Source: Fimicolochytrium jonesii (taxonomy: Eukaryota). Taken from it: 64,000 nt of DNA. Both the position numbers and the translations under genes were made by a program. Of this stretch, positions 26,101-39,352 are shown piece by piece (within the stretch, counting starts at the first letter, position 1; each line of letters begins with the position of its first letter). Under the pieces are notes generated by a model. That model was not told the DNA's origin. It saw nothing but the letters and a program-made list of their open reading frames with translations, and made no database searches. The stretch lies in NCBI RefSeq assembly GCF_025526975.1, contig NW_026515673.1, forward strand, positions 372,001-436,000. Direction: 5' to 3'.

Positions 26101-26521
26101 CCTCAGCCCCGACTCCTTCTCCGCGCTGGCGCAATCCCTCACAAAAGACCTCACGACAATCACCCGCCTCCTCGCCCACCTCCGCGGCGACTTCATCGAC
26201 CCCGACCGCGACTCCCTCCCCACGCCCGCGGGGCAAGACCCCGCCGAAGCCATCTTCACTCCAAGCGAGCACATCACATCTCACATATCCCGCGTCGCTA
26301 TTCCTACCTTGCTCGACCGCGTCGCGGACGCACTGCCGGTGAGAGAAGAGGGCACAAGGGAGACGGTGAGGGATCTGGTAGGGCTTGGGAGTGGGGATTG
26401 GGAGACGGTTAGCCGCGCGTGGCGGAGGGAGGGTGAGGTTGCGGCGCAGGAGGTTGCGGCGAGGGAACGGGAGTTGGAAGGGTTGTGTCGGCATATGATT
26501 ACGGCGTTGGCGAGTGTTTAG
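23171..26521 (+). CDS. Pro/Ser-rich PH-domain protein; 3 exons
   Basis: Introns ~23420-23488 and 25019-25093. PH motifs SGIMAKQNR..FQKRLFRCDG and SFLICTSERDYVVCAPSADDFRRWTFLL. Confidence 0.75.
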
Positions 26522-27896
26522 GTGTCCTTGTGACGGCGTATTGAAGGTTGTGGATACCTATGTTGCCGTTTTCATTTGCTCCATTTGGACATTTCAGTAT
26601 CATACTTCACTAGACTTTCACCACGCATATAGGAGACATTCACATATAGTACTCGTCCCACTGCATATTCATTACCCTACCGATTCTTACCCCGTTTATT
26701 ACCTCACTTCATCGCCTTTACCATACTTCATCAACATCTTTTCTGGTTCTCTTTCTTTCGAGACTCTTCTGATCCTTTTTTTTTCACTGGCGGTGGATTG
26801 GAATGTAGTTTGAAATTCCTCTGTGTTTGGGTGCCTTTCTATGTATGTAACTTCAGGATAGATTTCTTATAGATGGGTATCAACGGCATTTACGAAGAAG
26901 AGTGCCAGCCAAAGAGTGCACCAATGCTTCCAAGTGGCTGCAGACGGTCTCATAGGGCCCGATAATCCCATGCGCCAGGTTTCCGGGACATTGCGCTTGC
27001 CGGGTCACAAGCGAACGCGACATCAGAAGCGTTTAACGTTCTGATAAGTGTAGGCGGCAAGCAAAAAAGGCTATGGGAGATCAGCGTCTGGCGTTAGTGC
27101 GGCCCAATTCTTGCATCCTGCCAAATCGGTTGATCATCGCTCGTTCAGCTTCGGACGTTAGCTGTGACTGACCCCGTGGAAATATCCGAGTCATTCGAAT
27201 CACATCCTCTCATGTTTCCATTCGCTATTCTTACAAGAGTGAATGTTTGGCGCTGTGGAGTAGTGGCGGCGACACCCTTGTCCGCCATGGAGGCGGCGAC
27301 GCGTCAGGGTGGTCCAACGCGTGGATTGATGGGATTTCCCCAAGTGCTCACGTCATGTGTGTAACGCGAGTCGCATGAGTCAGACGGGCGTGGCGCAGTC
27401 ATGGCTTTCCCTTGGCCAACCATGTTACTATGGATTCGCCCCCTCCCCATAAAGGCTCAAACTCCTCTTTTTTTCCCTTCGTCCTCCAATTCATACGACA
27501 TCCTCCACTAACTACACCTCTCATATCTCAATACAACTCCCCGTCTTCGTCGCTGACCCCGCCGTCGTCTACCTTCTCGCCCTCGATATCGCAGCACCTC
27601 CTCAATTTCCGTCCCCTTTCACTTTCTCGTCGTCGCTTGCGTCTCACATTTCCAGTTCTGAGACGGCCCCATCCCCACGTGCGATCAGGCCAATACCAGG
27701 ATATCGAACATCGCCCTGCATCATAGCGTCCATGGAAATCTCATAGCAATCATCTCTCCAAGCTGCTGTCGTTGTGTTTGACGTGGGGTGGGATATGCCA
27801 TAGGCGTCGGTTGCCGAGCATCATAGTTACGAGCTTGTCACCGTGGAGAACGAACGGCTCATCAGCATAGCCATACCAACAGTAGAAACCGCCTCG

Positions 27897-29120
27897 ATGG
27901 TCGCCGCGTCCGTCTCCGTCCTCCGCTCCACGGGTCATCAAAACTTCAGGCAAAGGGTTACATTGGCAGTGCTTTCCAAGACGTCAGTTGCCATCACCGC
28001 TATTCGAAGTAACGACTACAACGGGGACAATTTTGGCATATCCGATGCTGAAGTGTCATTTCTGAAGCTCGTCCAGCTGGTCTGCCCGGGGACATCATTC
28101 GATGTACTGCAAGGCGGGACTGGCGTCTTCCTGCGCCCCGGTCCTGATGGAGTGGTCGGCGGCCGATTTGAGCATGTTTGTCCGCTCGATAGGTCTGCTG
28201 GGTGGTTCATCGAGCCGTTACTCGTACTGGGAATGTTTGCGCGCGAGCCATTGACCGTATCCTTCACTGGTGTCACTAGCCACGGGCCTCAGTCTCTGTC
28301 CGTGGACACTATCACCTCCGTCTGCCTTCCGATGATACGGATGATGGGCGGCAACGCAAATGTGACAGTCAAGAGCCGCGGGGCGTTGATGGCGCGCGGG
28401 GGCGTAGTGGAGATGCAGACCTTCCCATCAACGCTGCTAGCGTGCGATATCGTCGATGATGTGCCGATAAGTTGCGTTACAGGCGTGGCGTACTCCTACG
28501 GCCTGCCAATGTCGTTTCCAACTCAGGCAGCGGATGCAGCCACTAGCCTACTGGGCCGCTACTTCCAGCAGATGGACATTGTAGTCGTGGCAGAAGACCA
28601 GCCATCAGAGTCGACGACCTCTTCAATGGCTGGTAAGGCGGATATACCGGCGGCCGGATATGGCATCACCCTCAACGCATTCGGCGGCTCCACGAAGATG
28701 TTCTCGACCTCCTGCACGTTCCAGCCCCGCTTCTACTCGAGTTCCGACACTGTCGTCGTCGACACAATCAATGAAGACGGATCTGACGCCGTTATGTCTG
28801 ACCATCACATCACACGCATCTTCTCTCACCCGTCACCCGACAACGTCGGCATTCGTGCGTCCCGCTTGCTTCTGCAGGAGATTCGGCAAGGTGGCTGCGT
28901 CGACAAGTCTGTGCAGAACTTTGTCTTGATGCTACTGGCCTTGTCGTCACCGAACACGAACGAACAGCAACCCACCGCGGGCGCTCTGCGCATCGGCGCT
29001 TTGGAGAAGGAAACTGTGACATGCCTGCGCGATTTGAAGGCATTTTTGGAGGTCGAATTTAATGTGCAAAGCGACGCGAAGAGTCGAACGGTTGTGCTTA
29101 AGAAGGAATGGACGGTCTAA
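27897..29120 (+). CDS. RNA 3'-terminal phosphate cyclase-like protein, Rcl1 subfamily (divergent, intronless)
   Basis: GHQNFRQRVTLAVLS..ITAIRSND, EVSFLKLV, EHVCPLDRSAGWFIEPL, SRG....GGVV, GYGITL, LLLQEIRQGGCVD, LRDLKAF. Confidence 0.85.
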   Translation: MVAASVSVLRSTGHQNFRQRVTLAVLSKTSVAITAIRSNDYNGDNFGISDAEVSFLKLVQLVCPGTSFDVLQGGTGVFLRPGPDGVVGGRFEHVCPLDRSAGWFIEPLLVLGMFAREPLTVSFTGVTSHGPQSLSVDTITSVCLPMIRMMGGNANVTVKSRGALMARGGVVEMQTFPSTLLACDIVDDVPISCVTGVAYSYGLPMSFPTQAADAATSLLGRYFQQMDIVVVAEDQPSESTTSSMAGKADIPAAGYGITLNAFGGSTKMFSTSCTFQPRFYSSSDTVVVDTINEDGSDAVMSDHHITRIFSHPSPDNVGIRASRLLLQEIRQGGCVDKSVQNFVLMLLALSSPNTNEQQPTAGALRIGALEKETVTCLRDLKAFLEVEFNVQSDAKSRTVVLKKEWTV

Positions 29121-29575
29121 ACGCATCGCGAGCCCATCTGAAGAGTCGAATCACAGCGCTGAAATGGGAACGGACGTTCTTGGCTGGTTGTGACGAAACT
29201 CCTTATCACCATCCCCTAGTCCCTCATTCATGCCAAGCCTGCTATGAGGCGTATATGCAATCATTCGCTTTGCTGAAGCCCACGGTCTTTCCTGGGAAAC
29301 CCCTACACGCCTATTTATCACTTGTACATCATATCAACCATATATTCGCTTCATTTCCTGGCTTAAGAAAACCTTCTGTGACTCTTAGGCTGGCTCGTCG
29401 CTCATTTGTTGGACTTTATCGAAGGAAACAAAAGATTTCGAGGGATGCATCTGGCCACATCATAGCTGTAGTAGCGACTGTATTTTCGAACGTTCATAAT
29501 CGCAAAACGACTGTTATTTGGCTCAAGGATGGAACTTCTCAGGGGTGGGTTGAGGGTGGCGTCGCCCTCTTCCTT

Positions 29576-32125
29576 CTATTGTCCTTCTAATGTGGCGGGC
29601 GTAGGCTGAATACCTGCAGGCTTACCAGCACCCCCTTCGCTTTGCTGCTGAGCGGCCTCGCTTCCCTCCCGAGGCACGAACTTGTCTCCTCCTTGCCCAC
29701 CCGCCGAATAGATGTACGTCGCCCCCGTCGCAATCGAAGCCCGTTTCGGCGGCTCTGCAGCTACAGTGGCACTGCTCCTCCGCACGGAGGCCATCCCAGC
29801 GCCCGCCGAGATCCCAGGCTGCCCGGCAAGGGATAACTGAATCCTCGACAACGTCCCGTCCTCGTACGCTTTGCCCATGAGCGATTTGTACGACTCGGTC
29901 TTTGTGAATTTAGGCACCGAGTCGCCTGCCACCATCTGGAAGATGTGCGATTCGGCCGCCGAGTACATCCACGACCCGACGTTCTCGGGCGCCGCCGCGG
30001 TCGTCTCGGCCACCTGTGTCCCAAACGAGGCGGGTAGGTTCTGTACCATCGCCTTGAAGGCGCTACCGGTCGGGTCGATGGGCTGCGGGACGCTCAGATC
30101 CAAGGCGGTGGTGATCGTGTTGAAGTACGTTTGCGACGGGCTCAGAGTCGCCGTCAAGACTTTCTGCACCTTTGACGGGATGTTGAGCTCGAACGGGGAT
30201 GTCTTGGCGACGTATTTAAGGTAGAGCACGAGGGCATGGGCGAACATCGTCTCGTTCAATTTCTGTGCATTTCCTTGACAGCTCTTCTGCACGTTGTCCG
30301 CGATCCCCTTCGTGTCTGGGTTCAACAGATCATGTGGGTCCAACGTCTTCAACGACGTGGATGCGGTATCATAGCAGAGACGGAATCGTTCCACGTCTAC
30401 CAAGAAGTCGTAGTTTTCCTGGCAGAACAGCGTGCCCAGGTAGGCGTAGAACGCGGACCGGAGCGCAGGGATGTGCAGGATGGTAGTGAGACGCTGGGCG
30501 TTGTTCTCCTTGCCTGTTTCCCAGGGGGCCCCGGTGGTGGTGGTGGTGCCGGACGCCATCTGGCTTATAGCCGACGACGAAGGGGCCGTTCGGGTGATTC
30601 CACTGCCGGGACGTTGCGCGTCTTGCTGGGATCCTTGTTGTTGCAATGGGGACGCGGTGAACGAGGGCGGCTGCGCGGAGGATTGACGGGATCGGCTGCC
30701 GGGCGTTTCGGTGCCGATGGTAGCTGAACGCTTGCGACGTCCTGTGCCAGCGCTGTTGGCTTGAGCGGCGGCACTGCCTACGCCCAGCGCACCAAGAACG
30801 TCCTGGCCGAAACCTTGTCCCGCCGCAGTCAAGGTGGACCGTCTGGTGCTTTCCTTCGAACCGGCGAACTGCTGTGCACCACCTTGCTGATCGAATTGGG
30901 CAGATCCCTGTCGACTGCCGCCAGAACCCTCTGGACGATCGGCGTTCAACATCTCAGACGACTTCCTCACGAAATCATCGAATTTGTTCAGATTCTCTTT
31001 CGAGATCAGACTGCCCTCCTCGCCACCCGAGCTCGTGGCTGAACTTCCCGCCGACGCCGTGAGGCCAGCCATCTTGCGCAACCGTCCTTTGAGGCCTCCT
31101 TTCAGGAAAGATGTGTGCTCTTTATTGTCCCGGATCGTTGGGGCCCTGCTGTCCGGCCACCCGGCGAACCGGGCTCCAACGGGCGTCACTCGATAGATGA
31201 CTTTGCTGGAGTCCTTGAAGACCGAGCCGCTGCTGTTCGGGTTGGAGGTTGCGGTGTCCTCCAAGAATTGAAGCCAGCCTTTGCTCACAAAGAGGTTCGC
31301 AACCTGCAGCGCCTCTGCAACCGTCACGCATGTGGTATGCGTCAAAAGATGAGCAACGGCGTCGCTTCCCGTGAATGTATGGGTGTACGTCTTGTTCTGC
31401 AAGGTGCGTTCCTTGAGAGGCACGCCGGGCGGAACGACAAAGTTGGATACCCCGGCAAGCGGGTCCCGACCAGGCGCATTGTTCTCCGTATTGGGCGCGA
31501 CATACTCATCATCGTCCCCGTCTCCAGCCGAATACGTGTGCGAGGATGTCGTAGGAGAGACAGGACCCAGCGCGCTAGCGTTCGAAGACCGCACCCGATT
31601 ATTCTTCTCTTTTTCTGTTGCTTCATCATTAGGCACCGCACCTATAAACCGGACGAAAGTCTTCGCGACATGCTTGATCTCAGGGAGACCGATTGCTTGT
31701 TGCTGTGGCTGCCACGCAATCTGCGTCAAGTAGCCCTCAAACTCGCCAGCCGCGACACATTCCCCCTTTCTCGTGATCGCCACGACATTGCGTCCGGTCC
31801 CATCTTCGGGACCAATCGCCTGCACGAGCTGGGCGTTGCTGAAGACCTGGAATGTCTGCGCGGCGACATCGGCGGCTGAAAGTTGGCCGTGCAGGATAGT
31901 CAAGCCGTCTGGCTCGGTGAATGCGTTGAGCACCGACTTGCCCCTGACTCGTCGTTCGGTCAGTGTAAGCGCGGCATGGAAGTCGATAAACTTCCGGAAT
32001 AGCTCGTTCTAGACGCAAAGGCCAGCGTTAGAGAAATAACTTGTGCAGTTTTGCAGTTCCATTTCACTTACCCTCTCTGATGGCCTGGTGAACAAAGATT
32101 GTGCGTCGTCGTCGTGCGCTGCCAT
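29576..32125 (-). CDS. Regulator of G-protein signalling, Sst2/FlbA-like (DEP + RGS); 2 exons
   Basis: Short first exon MAAHDDDAQSLFTRPSER. DEP ERTLQNKTYTHTFTGSDAVAHL..FKDSSKVIYRVT. RGS LTTILHIPALRSAFYAYL..FCQENYDFL, YVAKTSPFELNI, IFQMVAGDSVPKFTKT. Confidence 0.88.
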
Positions 32126-32683
32126 TTCCAAACGATTGATGACTTACACGGAAGTGATATCCTCACGAGCCGTGTTCTCACGGTAAGGATGCTTCTCAGA
32201 CACCCTCAAACTACAGAGGTAGGAATAACGGTTGTTTCTGGAAACGCTCGGAAACTGCAGATACTCCTAACGTGAAGTTCGTAACAAATGCTGTCGTTAT
32301 TGTTTCGATGGTTTGTTTGTGTGGCGGCGAATAGCGCACTGCACGGCAAAACATAAGAAGTCTTGCACTTGCGAACAAAGAAGCAGCATGACCAAACTTC
32401 CCTTCCACTTTCGCGTAACTTTAACGGGATGGCTACGCGCTGTCGAATTCAATTACCGCCCATCACATGACTTGAGATGCGCGGGCCAAAGGTTTTATGA
32501 CTCCAACATCGGCGATGACAAGGGCCGCTATAACATCTTACCCCTGCACTTTGCAACTCGGCTTTCAGCTTGAAGCAAGCCGCAATTTTCGCACACGACC
32601 GACGACGACGACGGCGAATCGTGTTGCCAAAAAACAGGCCGTATACTTTACTCACCGTACTGTAGTCGACACCCTCGAGAAAG

Positions 32684-33503
32684 ATGACCGTCAGCGTAGA
32701 AGAAGGGCATCATCCCTTGGACGGCCATGCTGCTAGCGGAAACCCACGCCAGCAAGCGGCTTGGGGCCGGCGGTGGCAAGTCGTCACAGGCACAAAGACA
32801 AGGATGTATCAGTCCGTCGGTCTTTACTCCGCGCAAGTCGTAAGTATTGCGGCTGCAGCTGCCACTCGCTGTCTTTCGGTGTCTCTGGTAATACTGGGAA
32901 CTCACTAAATTCAATACGCAACTACTTCAGGTCACATCTCTAGCCCTTGCCATTACCGTCGGCGTAAACGGCCGGTACGGCTCCCAATGCTTCCTCCAAT
33001 ACAACCGCAACTACCAAAAAATGAACGAAACCGCCCCCTGCACAGCGCCCATCACTGAATCCATCCTCTCCCTCCTCCTCGCCGTCGCAATCTGCGTGTA
33101 CAACGTTCGCTCCCTCAAACTCTTCATCCCGCGCAACCGCTACGCCATCCTCGCCGAAATCGGGTTCTCGGCCGTGATGGCGTTCATGATGTGCTTTGCG
33201 GGCGGGTACCTGGCCAAGGCGATCAGCATGACCTGCAGGAATTTGGAGGTCAATAATAAATATCAGGAGAAGGATTGTGCGGGACTGATTGAGATGTTTT
33301 TTGTGGGGACGAATGCGAATGCGGGGCTTGCGGGGTTGAAGTTTGGGGTTTTCCTGGGGTTCTTGTCGGGTGCTCTTTGGGTAAGTCCTTGGTGTTAGAT
33401 TCTGTGGAATCTCACTCGTAACTGACAAAAACTTTCATCTCTTCCATAGGCCATCTCAGCAGTCCTCGAGTACTTCGCATACACCCAAGGTCTGGGGATC
33501 TAA
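32684..33503 (+). CDS. Small 4-TM membrane protein (TMEM179/MARVEL-like topology); 3 exons
   Basis: Introns ~32840-32930 and 33381-33449 join in frame. Four hydrophobic helices with paired Cys in the loops (SQCFLQY..APC; MTC..KDC). Start codon uncertain (32684 or ~32804). Confidence 0.65.
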
Positions 33504-34247
33504 GTCTATAGGACAGTGAAAGACGGACGAATAGTGGACAGCGCCTGCGCACATGCCAAGAGAAGAGCGACCTAGAGCTAGAGAGCTAGCATCGTCGAGA
33601 GAGTACAGTAGAAATGGACTGCATATAGAGTCCAGTTGGTGGACGCAGGCGCAAACAGTTGGGGTTTGACGAGACATTTGGTATAAAATGACCGGCGTAT
33701 TGATTTGCATCTCCTGCGAGAAGGACGTAGTTTTCTTATGTAGTATTCCCTCCGCTAGTTTTTGGTAATCGTTTTAAGTTCAGTTTAATGAGAATTGTTT
33801 GCAATCGAAAGGCGTGTGGTGTTGCATGCTGGAGACACAATCTGGACCGAGACGGGTTTGTCTGCAGTCGAAGGACGGCTTTCATCTAATTGAAGCACAC
33901 CTGGGCAAGATCCCGAACAAGTCGAGACGGTGTCATCTTTTCCAAACCTTACAAAAAACGCTACATATACGGAATTCACAAAAAAAAAAGTCAGGAGCAT
34001 GCATTCATTACAGCGCTTAAAAGCGAAACTAAGTTAAACTAGAAAGAATCAAAAAAAGGGATGTCCCTTTGCGATCCGATATATTCTGCACAAAATCACT
34101 AATGGTGGTGGGGGGTTGGATGGTGTATGCGAGCCAACGTTTAAATACAAGTCGTGAGGGCTCAAAATCGAAGTATCTATATGGTACAGGGGTGATGGGA
34201 GGGGCTAGGGAATACACTTGCGGGTGGGTGTGTAGGGGGCGAGATTT

Positions 34248-37200
34248 CTACACCCGATCAGAAGGTTGCGGTGGGGCGATGACCAGCGGCTCAGAGGTAT
34301 TCGAATCCTCATCCGAATCGGTGTTCGAGGTCGTCGTGCATGGGCTCGTTTCCGCGCTGCCGGCTTCCGGTTCGTTGAGCGTTTGCAGTGACTGTGATCC
34401 GGACCTGTTCCCGGCGGGTGGGCCCACCATAGCGTCCGCGCTCCCGCGTCTCGCGAACCGGGCCACGACAGCCTCGCCCACGCCGACCAGACTGCCCGCC
34501 CAACTCTCCCGCCGTCTATGCGTGACGTCGGAGAACAGCGCCCGTAGCGGGGTCTGCCCGCGATGGTGGTGTAATGGCGACGGCCGGCGGTCCGAGTGGT
34601 TCATGGTGGATATCGGCCCGCCGTTGAGTGCCGCTAATGCCTCGGGTGTAAGGTGGGCCAGCGCTTCAGGTACGCTCTTATTCCTCCGCAGCGCAACGCC
34701 GCCTATCCCCGCCCGGTCGTTCAACGGCGACAACGGCGGCATCGTGTTGTTATTCCCTTTCGTGGGCGTGTTTGCGCCACTCGCGAGGTTCCCCACCCCG
34801 CCGAAACGTATCCGGCTATCCTCCAACCCGTCGCGGATGATGCCCAGTTCTACCCATTCTCCGACGGCTTCTATGAGTGGCGCGACGATAAATTCTATGA
34901 AACTCTTTTGGGAACTCCGTGGATCTGCGCCTTTTGCGCCGTCGCGGTTGCAGAAGGGGCTTATTGGTAAGCCGAGCGCTTTTTCTCGGTCGCCTTGGCA
35001 GAAGAACTCCTCTGTGATGCGTTGGATCCAGGTGTGGTAGATCGGCCATGCTTTTGTTGGGTTCGAAACATCGGAGCATTTCATCAACCTGTAGACAAGA
35101 AAACGAAATTTTAAGAACATTTTCCATAAAGCGTGCTTTTAAAATTAATATCCGTAAAACTCACATTTGCATCAGCAATGTCCGGTCTTCTCTGGTCGAC
35201 ACCGGGTCAAACCCACCACTCGTCAAAACCTTCTTCTTAAACATAGCCAGCAACGAAAAATGCTGCGCCAAGTCCGTCGCCAAAACCATCTCCACAATCC
35301 CCTCCCGAAGCCCTCGGTACTCCTTCCGCACCATTCCCGCCGCAAAATCGCACTCGGGTTTCCTCATCACCTGGAACGCCGATGCGCAGTGGTGGTTCTC
35401 GAGGACGGATTTGTCGTTGTAGAGTAAGGCGCGCGGGTCGGAGGTGGCGATAAGGAAGTGGTTGTTTACCCCCGGGTGGTCGTAGTCGTGGATGGCGGCG
35501 GCGATGTAGAAGGCGAGGACTTCGACGTCCGTGAAGCATGTTCGTAACCGCGGGAGGGATATGAGGTAGTGGATGCAGTGAAGGACGTCGGTGGCGTGTA
35601 TGGAGTTGTGAACTGTAAAACATATATTTTAGTGTTCTCATCACAAGAGCGTGGCGGTAGTGTCAGTACATACACGTCAAGTGCGGGTTGTAACCCTTCT
35701 CAATCTCCGACATGAAATTGATAAACTTGTCAACCGGCAACTGCAGCCGCCCCAAAAGCCCACTCCGAACGACCAAATGATGGCTCATCACAAGTAGCGG
35801 TCGACTCCTGCAGGCTTCCTCGAACGCAAATATCGGGAAGTTGTATTCGTTTAGTTTCACTAACAGCTCCTGGGTATCTTCGCTGTAGTATTCCTGGATG
35901 TTGATGGGTTCGGGGACAAAGCCCGAGGTGGAGGGTGAGGCGTTTTCGAGCGGCTGCGAGGTTGTGGTTGGTATAAGGATCGCGGCGGTCTGTTCTCGTG
36001 GTGATGTGTCGGCTGAGGATGATTCTCCGTTCAGGTTTTTCCTCCGTGCGAGCTGGGTGAACAACCATTTCTACAATTCGAAAGAAGGGTGTCAGCAAGA
36101 CGGACGTAGAAACGGATAAAACAAATCGACAAAATTACGAACCTCCTGTTCATCATCCACCTCCACCTGCCCGCGCTTCACCTGTTGGTCCAAATCGGGT
36201 GCAAAAAGATTTGGAACACTCAAACACGACATGATCATGGTGAGAGATTTCAAATGCTCTGCATCAAGACTAGGATTGCCCATCAGCGCTCGCAATCCAT
36301 AGATCGCCTTTTCCAACGGTGAATCCAAGTCCGCTATCCGGCTCTCGAATCCCTTCTGTAAACCCTTCAGCTGCCTGCGGAGCTTCACGTTTATTGAGAG
36401 GAATCGCTGGTCGGATAAGTATTGTAACCGGATGTTGCGCTCGGTGTCGTACGCGATGAAGCAGATGACCAACGATGCTAGACAGACTGCTACCGATGCG
36501 AATGCGAATTCCCGCTCCGGTCGTCCCGTTCCTCCACCTGCTACACGGTCGTTGACGAGGCTGATAGCGGCAACCACCAGCCACAGCGGTACCGCGACGA
36601 CAAACACTCCAAAAAGCGTGTGCATAAACCGTAGCCGGAAGAAAAATACGCATGCGACCAGCTCAAAGATATATATCGGCGCCGTGAAAGCTGCCGAGTA
36701 GCGTGGCTCGTCTGTGATGAAGTAGCGTCCACAGGTGATGACCGGCCCGATGATCCAAACGACCAGAAGCGAAAGAGTATGTATGTGTTTGGCGAGAATG
36801 CTGAGTGGCAACCAAGCCCCGAGGGCGATAATTATGGCCATGGGTAACACCCCAAAGGCACCAACGAGGATGAAATCCTTTAATGGTGTGGTCATTCCGT
36901 TGGGTTGCGTATATAGCGCGACCAAAATTGTCTCCAAAACAGCCGTAGCCAGCATGCTGATGATGACAGATTTCCTCCACATGCACAAAGTCCGATCCAA
37001 AAAGTATCGTTCGTAGGTGCTTTCGACATCCGGATCGTGAAATGTCAGTGTTATCGGTGAAAAGGAGTTTGCGATTGCTTTCAGATGGGCGTCCATGACG
37101 GTAACTAACGTTGTATCATCGAAAGAAAAGGGGTCGGAGTGGTAGTGCGACGTGCCATAGGAACCAGTCCCTCCTGGCGTCGCGAGGGGTGTGCCGACTG

Positions 37201-37705
37201 GGGAAAACGGGGGCGACCCTATTGAGGAGGATCGTGTATTTGATTGAAAGTAATCGTTTCTACCTTGCTCTGCAAGATGATCGTTACTCATTTGCCAACT
37301 CCGAAGCCGGCGGAGAACAACGTCCCAGATTTTGAGGGAACTCGTGGTACCAGCCGCAGCTCTATCTGACGGCCTACCAGCCCCACGCCCAGGTTGTAAT
37401 TGATCAAACGAAGTGCGTGGGCCGAAATCCAACGCTGGATCTCTGTCCGAATTCATAGAATATCTCCTAGCCGCTAGTTCCTTCGGATCTATTGGAAGAT
37501 CGCCGGTGCTCTGATGAGAACCTCGCCGCGACGAGGACTGACTTGTTCGCGATACCGTTAGAGACGACCGCCGACTAAGGTTTTGTGGAAACTGATAGGA
37601 GTCTCCCGTGCCAATATGCCCTAAGGCGCTCCCACGCCGCGAGGAGCTTGACAAAGCTGCGGGATCGAGTGTTGGCATTCTGAGAATAGAATGCGTCGTG
37701 CGCAT
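34248..37705 (-). CDS. Class I 3',5'-cyclic nucleotide phosphodiesterase with N-terminal ~6-TM module; 4 exons
   Basis: HNSIHATDVLH, HDYDHPGVNN, LYNDKSVLENHH, VLATDLAQHF, KCSDVSNP, EEFFCQGDREK, SQKSFIEFIV. Hydrophobic helices at ~36450-36970. Confidence 0.92.
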
Positions 37706-38368
37706 TGGTATTCCTCAAGCCCTCCCGTCTTCTTCAAACCCGCGCCGTGGCCATTCACACGGAAACCCTGTCACTCAAGTCTCCACCCCACCACCAAGCC
37801 GAGGAGTCGCCAGAAGCTTTCCAGATATACGCCGGGTTCCGACGAAAACTACTCGGCGTTCGAAGGTTCGTCGTCGAGGTTATTCACCCGAATGTGTGCC
37901 AAAAATGGGTGAGGATATCGAGCCACTAATGCTCTTCGCGCTCCGCCGCTGGCAGCATAAGTAGAAGTTCCGGGGTAAGGGGTGACTACTAGCAGAAGTT
38001 AGCTGCTTATGCTTTAGACAACTGCGCTCCGTACTGGGCTAGGGCTGAGACTGGGGAACGTCGTTGCGTTGAAGTTCGGGGTCAACTGTAACAAATGCGA
38101 GCAGGAAAAGTCGAGTTTCGGTCGTTCCGTTTTGAGCCGTCTGCTGACCGTCGCGCGAAGGTGTTCCACAGGGGGAGGGGTGGGTGGGGTTGGGCTGTAT
38201 GGAAGGTAGTAGTACGGTGTGCAGGCTCTCTTTTTTCCGGGTTGCACGCAAGCAATTGGGCGGGTTTGAGGATAGTTGTGCAGCCAAGTGTGTAGTTGTT
38301 TTGCAGCAGTCGTTGGTGGTGGTTGTTACCCAGTCGTTCCCCAGGAACGAGAATACCAGCGCGACCAG

Positions 38369-38442
38369 CGAGACAAGAGGGACAAGAGGGACAAGAGGGG
38401 GATGGATGCCGAGCTGGTCATGATCTATCCCCCCCCCCCCCC
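38369..38442. repeat. Short tandem repeat (gacaagagg x3) and poly-C tract upstream of the PDE gene
   Basis: gagacaagagggacaagagggacaagagggg followed by a C run of ~14 nt. Confidence 0.7.
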
Positions 38443-39352
38443 GCTCCTGCAGACGCACTTATTGATGGAATAAGCCACGCACATACGGGCGTCGCACAAG
38501 CATGACTGGGCGCGATCCCCGCAGCGCTGACTCGCAAAACCCTCCCCCTCTCCCTCGCCGCTTGCAAAGGCCATGCGTGCCTGCTCAAAATTTACATACA
38601 ACCGCCCCCCCCCCCACCCCCGCGCTCTCCAACTCCCCTCTCACAACGGAAGACCAACCACAGGCCCCTCCAAAGTAAAGATGCCCCCCCGCTTTCCCAC
38701 GCCCACTCCGCACGCAGGCGGAGGCAGCTGTTTCACTGCCTTGGCACCCAACTATCGCGCACTTGGGAGCCAACGAGATGTTTGGCAATGGTACTGTAAC
38801 TATGGCGTGTAGGAGAGCGCTCTTCGGGACGTCTAAGGTTATGACTCGTGAACCCACCCTGCCGACAAGCCTGCCCTGCCCTGTATGTGTTCGCATATCT
38901 GACATATATCACACCCTGGTGCGCGTCAGTCCATATTTGTAAGAAGTCAATCAGTGCTTTCCACTCGGCCAAAGGTTTTTTCCATGACGGCAAATGAAAC
39001 TAAGTGCATTGATGCGAAAAGTGCCAAAAAAAAGTTGTGATGCAAGCCAGTAGAGTTAGGGTCCCACTGTCCCGCCCCTCAACTATATAAGACGGATGCG
39101 AGTGAGACAGATAAATGAGGATCCAGATGTTGAGTTTGGGGCGCAGGAACCGTCTCGCTATTCGTCCATTCGAAAGATCCGACGGGATGCGCAAACTGGT
39201 AGGCGCTGAGGGGCGCTGAGGGGCGGAGCACGGCAGGCACCGCACTCAGATCAACTCTCAGACTTGTCATGCCTCTCTCCCGCCCTTCTCTCTCTCTCTC
39301 TCGCATCCTCTTCCAATTCCCCCAGCATCGCGCCTATCCCTCACCACTCTCC

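Noticed and set aside
27376..27382. TGAGTCA (AP-1/Gcn4-like) site upstream of the Rcl1-like gene
   Set aside because: A single 7-mer is expected by chance in 64 kb.
29108..29590. 160-aa ORF between the Rcl1-like and RGS genes
   Set aside because: It spans convergent 3' UTRs and has no recognisable features.
36400..37000. Rhodopsin-PDE fusion
   Set aside because: About six TMs and no DxxxK retinal-binding lysine in the last helix; the motifs are cyclase-type instead.
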